From IMG/VR virus record IMGVR_UViG_3300031111_000002, positions 3,535 to 67,534 of that record: a stretch of 64,000 nt of DNA; one strand, 5' to 3'. Each line of letters starts with the position of its first letter. Within the stretch, counting starts at the first letter, position 1. Positions 58,043-64,000 of the stretch are shown here, one piece after another. The notes below the pieces were generated by a model, which was not told the DNA's origin, ran no database searches, and saw only the letters and a list, made by a program, of their open reading frames with translations. The position numbers and the translations under genes were made by a program. The DNA is from a virus.

Positions 58043-58345
58043 ATGGATAACAACACGGAAGACAAAAAACATCTATGCAGATATGCGAAAGAAAAAACCC
58101 CGGCGGATCACCAATCCTTCGACCTATTCGAAATGCAAGAATCTGTCGATACCCAGATCCGCTTTAATCTGTACTTCGGTGGTCAACGTCCCAAGATCTC
58201 CATTCGACGATTCTTCTACTCCAGGAAGTATGACAAGTGGATTCCGAAAAAGGGACAAGGCATCACTATCGCGATCTATACCTTTGGTGATTTTCTCAAG
58301 GGCTGCATCATTGCTCGTCGGAAGGCCAAAGAAATCGCGGAATAA
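58043..58345 (+). CDS. PC4/YdbC-like ssDNA-binding protein
   Basis: ISIRRFFY....KWIP.K.GITI resembles the PC4 motif; next to the putative origin. Confidence 0.55.
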   Translation: MDNNTEDKKHLCRYAKEKTPADHQSFDLFEMQESVDTQIRFNLYFGGQRPKISIRRFFYSRKYDKWIPKKGQGITIAIYTFGDFLKGCIIARRKAKEIAE

Positions 58346-58857
58346 CAGACGTCCTGACACATAAGGTTGAGATCTGCCGGTCGATCTTTGGCCACAACGG
58401 GCATACTTATATGTTATCCTATATCTGCTATCCTGCCTTGCTTTAGACGGGTAGGGCGGGACGCAATTTCAATTATTCTGGCCGAAAAACGGCGGGCGGT
58501 TTTCCGGCTTCCAACCAGAATCGACGTTTTCCCGGGCTGATCCAGCCCAATATCTGGCAAATTGCGCCTAGACCCGGAAGGAATCCCGAGATCTGGACAT
58601 TCTTCATCCCAGATTTCGCCAGTTCTACCTGATCCTGCCCGTTCTATCCGCGTTCTACATTTGATATTTGCCGATAAAAGACAATTCCGCTGCATTCTTT
58701 TCAGACAGTGCTTCATCTTGCGGGTTCTACCTGCATTCTTTCCCGGTCTACCCGGCCAGTCCTTCATATATATGGGTATGATTCCATTAAATTTGTGGTT
58801 GAAACGGGTGAACCGGTACGCATCAAAGCCAGTGAAAAGCCGTGCCAGTGCAGAACA

Positions 58858-58953
58858 ATAAAAAAGTATAAAAAAAGTCTTGACCATTCGGGCATTATGG
58901 GCGATAATGTAGATATGAACGGAAAAACAAAACAAAACAAACCGGAGGAAACT
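58858..58953 (+). promoter_or_regulatory. Conserved early promoter plus A-rich leader (copy 1)
   Basis: AAAAAGTATAAAAAAAGTCTTGACC-17-GATAAT..GAACGGAAAAACAAAACAAAACAAACCGGAGG. Confidence 0.8.
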
Positions 58954-59211
58954 ATGACTACCGATCACATCAACGAACTGAACAACATCGAACGCTCACT
59001 GACTGAAATTGCTGACATGCTCAACGGAATTTACGTGACTGACGGCGTGTCTGAACATTCTGACTTCATCGCCGAGGTTCATGTCGTGGCTATCACTTCC
59101 GACTGTGAACTCCATGATCTTTACTTCAACGTTCACAAAAGCGGACTGTCCACTTTCATGGACGCGATCGACAACAGTGACGACATCCACTTCGCCTGTG
59201 AACTGGTCTAA
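58954..59211 (+). CDS. Small early hypothetical protein
   Basis: GGAGG RBS after the promoter. Confidence 0.7.
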   Translation: MTTDHINELNNIERSLTEIADMLNGIYVTDGVSEHSDFIAEVHVVAITSDCELHDLYFNVHKSGLSTFMDAIDNSDDIHFACELV

Positions 59212-59222
59212 GGATGACTGAC

Positions 59223-59462
59223 ATGACTACCAACTTCTACGATCCGTTTGCCAAAGCTCGTCTGAACAATGACAGGGTCTGCGCCCTGTTTTCCGGGAAG
59301 ACAATCAAGATTCGTGGCCGATCTGTCAATATGAAAGACAACGGCAACGGCTGGGATATCTTCGTTGACGGCTTTCTGGAAAAGTCCATCCCATATCTCG
59401 ACTCTACTGGCGAGGCTACTGACTTCGTTCGCAACATGACTTCTGCCCAACTGGAGGACTGA
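59223..59462 (+). CDS. Small early hypothetical protein
   Basis: CTGACATG start; 3' end repeated at 61484-61557. Confidence 0.7.
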   Translation: MTTNFYDPFAKARLNNDRVCALFSGKTIKIRGRSVNMKDNGNGWDIFVDGFLEKSIPYLDSTGEATDFVRNMTSAQLED

Positions 59463-59463
59463 C

Positions 59464-60051
59464 ATGAAACTCACCAAGAAATCGCTGAAACAACACCAGA
59501 CCAGAATCGCTGCAATACGAACGGCAAGGGGTGTCTACCGAATCGAAACTTGCTTCAACCGGTATATGGGCAAGAACTTCTACACGCCTTACCTGAAACG
59601 CGGCAAGCGGCACGTGCAACTCGGCCTCACGGCTGAATACACGCTCGACACTCTCGAGAAGGCCGGCCAGCGGATCAAGGAACATATGAAACAGAATCCT
59701 CCCGAGTCCTACCTGCCGAAAGTTGGGATGGGCGCTACGCTGCACCTGTGGTCTGACAAAGAACCATTCTTCATCGTGGAGGTTTCTTCCAATCTCAAAC
59801 GGATCAAGGTTCAATCTGCGAAAGCCGAACTGGTAAAGGGCCCGGGCGATTGCATCCTCGGCGGATTCTCTGCCATCTTCACAAACCAATCTCAACAGGA
59901 ATGGAAAGTGACTCCTGATCCGGAAGGCAGGATCGCTGAATACTCGCTGAGGAAGTCTGGACGTTGGATCCGGACTGGATGCCAAGACACTGGCGGCGCT
60001 TGTTTCCTGACCATCGGCTATGCCTACAAGTTCTACGACTACAATTTCTAA
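59464..60051 (+). CDS. Conserved phage hypothetical protein
   Basis: VGMGAT...WSD..P...GY...YD..F pattern; GGAGGA-CTGACATG start. Confidence 0.75.
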   Translation: MKLTKKSLKQHQTRIAAIRTARGVYRIETCFNRYMGKNFYTPYLKRGKRHVQLGLTAEYTLDTLEKAGQRIKEHMKQNPPESYLPKVGMGATLHLWSDKEPFFIVEVSSNLKRIKVQSAKAELVKGPGDCILGGFSAIFTNQSQQEWKVTPDPEGRIAEYSLRKSGRWIRTGCQDTGGACFLTIGYAYKFYDYNF

Positions 60052-60061
60052 GGGGTCTGAC

Positions 60062-60319
60062 ATGTATATCTTTCAAACGCTGAATGATGGAACCGAGGAC
60101 AGGTCTTCTAAGGACGCTGCCGCGATTATCGGCCGCTACGACGAGGGCTTCGTACACAGGTTCACTGACCACCAGATTGCCATAAGCCATCTGGAAACAG
60201 TCCTTCGCCGAGCGGATTGCTTGGCCTATTCGGATCGCGTCCGGCTTGAAGCCGCTTTGGACAAACTCAACAAGATCGTCGTCGCGGAAAACTTCCGTAA
60301 GACCTGCAGGAGAATCTGA
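60062..60319 (+). CDS. Small early hypothetical protein
   Basis: AGGGGT-CTGACATG start. Confidence 0.65.
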   Translation: MYIFQTLNDGTEDRSSKDAAAIIGRYDEGFVHRFTDHQIAISHLETVLRRADCLAYSDRVRLEAALDKLNKIVVAENFRKTCRRI

Positions 60320-60320
60320 C

Positions 60321-60590
60321 ATGAACTTCCTCGCCAAACCTACCTGCCATTCCATCAAACGGTTCCACCGATACTCGTCGCTCGTTGACAAGGGTCTGTC
60401 ACCTGCGAACGCAATGCGGTTGGCATTGGGGTTCGGCATGCTCCATTGGTCGCTGTGTATGCTTGACTCCGTGATCCCTAACCGGCAACAGTCCAAGCTG
60501 TTTGTTGAATATGGGCTTGAGAAGATCCTTTCGGATCTGTGTGCAGAAAACTCAAAGGCAAATCCACTTGCCAATATGAAGGAGATCTGA
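60321..60590 (+). CDS. Small early hypothetical protein
   Basis: AGGAGAAT-CTGACATG start. Confidence 0.65.
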   Translation: MNFLAKPTCHSIKRFHRYSSLVDKGLSPANAMRLALGFGMLHWSLCMLDSVIPNRQQSKLFVEYGLEKILSDLCAENSKANPLANMKEI

Positions 60591-60591
60591 C

Positions 60592-60807
60592 ATGAAGTAC
60601 ACTCAACATAACAGCTTTGAATACGGCAAAGAATTGGCACAGGAGATCTTGGAAGAAGTTGAAGTCAACCACGGAGTCAATAGGGCTTGCACCGAGTGTA
60701 GGCACATGTTGAAGTTACTTCGTGATCCATCATCATTTGACAGTTCTAAACCATTCGTGAAAGGGCTTATTGCTGCGCGAGAAGAATACTTGAAATTTCA
60801 TTCTTGA
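60592..60807 (+). CDS. Small early hypothetical protein
   Basis: AAGGAGAT-CTGACATG start. Confidence 0.65.
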   Translation: MKYTQHNSFEYGKELAQEILEEVEVNHGVNRACTECRHMLKLLRDPSSFDSSKPFVKGLIAAREEYLKFHS

Positions 60808-60884
60808 GGTCTATTGGTACACCAGTCAAAAATTATTTTTACCCTCAAAACCCGCATGAGTGTTGAATGTTAGGGTAGTGCTCT

Positions 60885-60977
60885 GAAAAAAGTATAAAAA
60901 TGTTCTTGACCTTTTAGACAGAACAGGCTATACTTTAATTAACGAACGAAAAAAACAACAAACCAAAGGAGCCAAAC
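60885..60977 (+). promoter_or_regulatory. Conserved early promoter plus A-rich leader (copy 2)
   Basis: AAAAAGTATAAAAATGTTCTTGACC-17-TATACT..AACGAACGAAAAAAACAACAAACCAAAGGAG. Confidence 0.8.
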
Positions 60978-61196
60978 ATGGACAACTACGAACTCATTGC
61001 AACTCTGGAAGAAGCACAGGAAAAAATGATGGAAGCCCTTGAACTGATGGGTGAGGTCTACGCCGAAACCGGGAACGAAACTGCTAAGACTTATCTGATC
61101 GACCATCTCACAACTCTTACTTCCAACAACCATGGATTCATGTCTCGCGACTACAATGTTGACAATTGGATCGAATCACTTCGGGAAGAGGCCTGA
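60978..61196 (+). CDS. Small acidic early protein
   Basis: AAGGAG RBS after the promoter. Confidence 0.7.
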   Translation: MDNYELIATLEEAQEKMMEALELMGEVYAETGNETAKTYLIDHLTTLTSNNHGFMSRDYNVDNWIESLREEA

Positions 61197-61197
61197 C

Positions 61198-61455
61198 ATG
61201 GATATGACAATCACGATTGAACACAAGCCAGGTATCACGCTCATTCACCTTGAATCTACTTGTTACATTGCAAACTTCGTTATCACTGGAGGTGCGATTC
61301 CGTTCGGTTATCTCGAGGCCTGGGTTGACAACCGGAAGAAACTTCATCCCGGTATCGTCGTACAGGATCTCCATTACCTCAAGAAGAAACTTGAAGAAGA
61401 CGGTCTTACAATCATGCGCGGGAATGACGCGAAAGACGCTTGGGGGATCTCATGA
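61198..61455 (+). CDS. Small early hypothetical protein
   Basis: GAGGC-CTGACATG start. Confidence 0.6.
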   Translation: MDMTITIEHKPGITLIHLESTCYIANFVITGGAIPFGYLEAWVDNRKKLHPGIVVQDLHYLKKKLEEDGLTIMRGNDAKDAWGIS

Positions 61456-61483
61456 CTGTTTATCGCAAACCTATGAACGTTGA

Positions 61484-61557
61484 ATCTCGACTCTACTGGC
61501 GAGGTCATTGACTTCATTCGTGACATGGCTTCAGCAAAATTGGAGGGCTGACATGAA
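61484..61557 (+). repeat. Diverged direct repeat of 59395-59467 (3' remnant of a paralogous gene plus junction)
   Basis: ATCTCGACTCTACTGGCGAGG identical; LDSTGEVIDFIRDMASAKLEG versus LDSTGEATDFVRNMTSAQLED. Confidence 0.85.
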
Positions 61558-61873
61558 TCCGATGACTTACAACCGAACTCGCGAAATGGCTGAGAAGCTT
61601 GTGATGGGATTGTTCAAAACTAAGAAGGGCGCTCGTGAACAGAAGCGCCTGTGCCCGGACTGGTGGGAAGCACAAATCGAACACTACATGGGGAAAGATC
61701 CTGACGTGCTCGAAGGAATGGCCGAAGCCCCTGATACCGTTCCCCCGTTTCTCTACAAGCAGGTTCGCTCGGTGCATGTCGCATACTATCGTTCTCGTGG
61801 CTGGTCTGCATACGAAAAGGGCGCGACTTGGACACTGATGGAAAAGCCGAATCCGCGTTACAAGGAATCTTGA
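61553..61873 (+). CDS. Small early hypothetical protein
   Basis: GGAGGG-CTGACATG start. Confidence 0.65.
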   Translation: MNPMTYNRTREMAEKLVMGLFKTKKGAREQKRLCPDWWEAQIEHYMGKDPDVLEGMAEAPDTVPPFLYKQVRSVHVAYYRSRGWSAYEKGATWTLMEKPNPRYKES

Positions 61874-61886
61874 AAGGAGTCCCCAT

Positions 61887-62081
61887 ATGAAACCCGATCC
61901 CTCAAATCCTATCGTGTCTGGCGCTGTCCTCGTGCGCTGCTATGGCTACAAAGAACTGGATCCCCGCTGCCTTCTTTGCGAACATTCGCATCTCCATGCT
62001 CGCAGTCCTGAATGTAACAAGATTTGCGACGTTGCCGATGGCAGGGCTTGTGTTATCGAAGGAGTGCTCGATGTCGCGTAG
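61887..62081 (+). CDS. Small Cys-rich hypothetical protein
   Basis: AAGGAG RBS. Confidence 0.5.
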   Translation: MKPDPSNPIVSGAVLVRCYGYKELDPRCLLCEHSHLHARSPECNKICDVADGRACVIEGVLDVA

Positions 62082-62340
62082 TCAAACCATAATCTTCATC
62101 ACTCGACCAATCGGAGCGAAAACACCGGGAGGCATCCGCTTCAATTGCATAGGACTGCAAACCCAGATCGACATCTTTCCGACTGGCAAGGATGACCTGT
62201 GCGACGTTCGCTACAATCGCTTTGGACAATCACACAGGTTGGGCTTTATCAATCGCAAGGATGCCATACTCAGTGCGGCTGACATTCTTGAAAGAGAACA
62301 TTCACTGGAAACCGGGAGGGGATATGAGATTCTCAATTGA
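62071..62340 (+). CDS. Small hypothetical protein
   Basis: AAGGAG RBS. Confidence 0.55.
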   Translation: MSRSQTIIFITRPIGAKTPGGIRFNCIGLQTQIDIFPTGKDDLCDVRYNRFGQSHRLGFINRKDAILSAADILEREHSLETGRGYEILN

Positions 62341-62506
62341 AGACCTGATGGCTGCAGATTCCGATTATGCTGGATTCTGTATCAACTGTGGAACGTGGCA
62401 TGACGGAGTGGAGCCCGATGCCCGAGGATATACTTGTGAGGAATGCAAAACACCTACCGTGTTTGGCGCTATGGAAATCGTTATCATGGGCCTTGCGAAT
62501 TTCTGA
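62324..62506 (+). CDS. Zn-ribbon protein
   Basis: C..CG...VEPDA..Y.CE.C...V.G; GGAGG RBS. Confidence 0.7.
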   Translation: MRFSIEDLMAADSDYAGFCINCGTWHDGVEPDARGYTCEECKTPTVFGAMEIVIMGLANF

Positions 62507-62507
62507 T

Positions 62508-62822
62508 ATGATTAAGTGCTCCGATTTGACAAAGCCCCTTCGGATACGCAAAACTGGAACCAACATTGAGGTCAATGAAGATTCCACCGGAGGGCAGACA
62601 AGGGGTGCTATGTTTGATCCAGCTGAAATGATCCGCAGGACGCATTACAATTTTTTGCATCCACGTGAGCAGGAAGTACTTCGGGATTGTCCACCGGAAG
62701 GATCACTCCAGAGATCTGGATTCCTTGCGGTCAAAACGGATGGCTGCGCCTACGTCGGTATCGACCGCCGAGATGGTACGCTGTCCAACTGGAAACTGGT
62801 ATACGGCATACCTTTGGTTTGA
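62508..62822 (+). CDS. Hypothetical protein
   Basis: CTGATATG junction start. Confidence 0.5.
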   Translation: MIKCSDLTKPLRIRKTGTNIEVNEDSTGGQTRGAMFDPAEMIRRTHYNFLHPREQEVLRDCPPEGSLQRSGFLAVKTDGCAYVGIDRRDGTLSNWKLVYGIPLV

Positions 62823-63239
62823 AAGTTTTTTCGTTCGGGTATACCAGTCCTTATGGGAGTCACGTGGCTCCCGCTTTTTCTTTAGTTGGATCCAGTGCTG
62901 GTTGACATCCACTTCATTCAACGAGCGGCGGCGGCAGACAATATCAACCGGGCTCGACAGCGGCGAAAGTTTTTTCATTTAGATTCGCTGGCTGGGTAGT
63001 GCCTTGATCCGTTTCAAAACCAAAAACGTTTTTCCGTTTCTGGCTGGCCTTCCGGCGCTCAGGTCAAGGCCGGAAAAGTTTTCCCGGGAAAATTGCAACA
63101 AAAAAAAATCGGCAACCCTGCCGGCAGTACAATGGGTCACACCTAAACATACCTCCGAGGAATACTCAATCTATTTCCAGATTTGATGTTTCCTGTGCGT
63201 ATATCTTCGTATATAATGTGATCTGAAAAGGAGGGCTTT

Positions 63240-63887
63240 ATGAAAGTAGAAATGATTTCTTTGGACCGGATCAAACCATACGACAAGAATCCCCGGGTCA
63301 ATGACGAAGCGGTATCTAAGGTGGCAGAATCAATTGAGCAGTTTGGATTCCAGCAACCTATCGTGGTGAACCTTGACGGAGTGATTATCGTGGGCCACAC
63401 GCGCTTCAGAGCTGCAAAGCTATTGAAGTTGAAAGAGGTTCCAGTATGCGTAGCCGATTTGCCAGAAGACAAAGAGAGGGCTTATCGAATTGCGGACAAC
63501 AAAACGAATGAGTTTGCGCGATGGGACTACAATCTGTTGAAGGGCGAATTGAAGGATCTGAACGCGGTTGATCTTGATTTCGAGCTTGGAGATCTTGGTA
63601 TTGATTTCGGCGAGTTGAGTTACACTCCACCGGCTCCATCCGTACCTGGACTCGGTTCAGGTATCAACACTCCACCGGCAGCCAATTTCACTATGGAAGA
63701 AGACGAGCCGGACAGGTCACACGCGAACACGTTACCGGAGATTGATACTCGAGAAGTGACGGACAAGAACATTGAACGTGCGGAAAATAGAATGGGCGTA
63801 GGTGAGGCGCGAATGGATCGCATTATGATCGAGGCAATATGCCCTGAATGCGGAGCGGAATTCAACGTTTCGCCACAAAAGGGGTGA
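63240..63887 (+). CDS. ParB-N domain protein with C-terminal Zn-ribbon (DNA-modification-associated type)
   Basis: PY..NPR, SI..FGF.QPIVV, GHTR..AA, YRIADNK and CPECG.EF motifs. Confidence 0.88.
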   Translation: MKVEMISLDRIKPYDKNPRVNDEAVSKVAESIEQFGFQQPIVVNLDGVIIVGHTRFRAAKLLKLKEVPVCVADLPEDKERAYRIADNKTNEFARWDYNLLKGELKDLNAVDLDFELGDLGIDFGELSYTPPAPSVPGLGSGINTPPAANFTMEEDEPDRSHANTLPEIDTREVTDKNIERAENRMGVGEARMDRIMIEAICPECGAEFNVSPQKG

Positions 63888-63889
63888 GC

Positions 63890-64000
63890 ATGGACAGGGA
63901 AGAAGCACACCACTTATTGAGAAATGCGAAGTACACGTTCGCGAAGACGATGCCGAAGAATCCTCATTACTATTCGGTACGAACCGAATGGGAGGATGAA
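63890..64000 (+). CDS. Partial conserved phage protein (runs off window)
   Basis: FAKTMP.NPH.Y motif. Confidence 0.55.
   Translation, partial: MDREEAHHLLRNAKYTFAKTMPKNPHYYSVRTEWEDE

Noticed and set aside
59395-61557. Diversity-generating retroelement TR/VR pair
   Set aside because: No reverse transcriptase in the window, and the differences are not restricted to adenines

Overview
The window is most of a tailed dsDNA phage genome with a siphovirus-like long non-contractile tail. It is probably circular or permuted: it starts in a ParB/IbrB gene and ends in a ParB-like cluster. The + strand from 1 to 30.5 kb carries packaging, head and tail genes: P27-like TerS, portal fused to a gpF-type domain, protease/scaffold, decoration, capsid, head-region fibres, Mu-like adaptors, two tail-tube paralogues, a -1 frameshifted chaperone, tape measure, tail tip, and then, unusually, a second TerS-like gene and TerL after the tail. 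The - strand from 30.5 to 57.5 kb carries recombination genes (MBL hydrolase, RecT, SMC-like ATPase), lysis genes, SSB, VRR-NUC, SNF2 helicase, a DnaG-D5 primase-helicase, nucleotide-metabolism genes, tRNA-Ile2 and many small ORFs. An iteron-like GTGAC/GTCAC array at 57.5-57.95 kb separates the divergent arms. At 58.9-62.8 kb an array of small early genes sits behind conserved sigma70 promoters, and the gene starts share the octamer CTGACATG. No integrase, DNA polymerase, reverse transcriptase or CRISPR array was seen. The most notable observations are the CTGACATG-junction gene array, an Ig-like domain apparently split between two tail genes, duplicated tail tubes, an odd putative lysis polyprotein, a pseudoknotted intergenic element and two in-frame TAA interruptions. 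All calls come from motif recognition by eye; no database searches were run.
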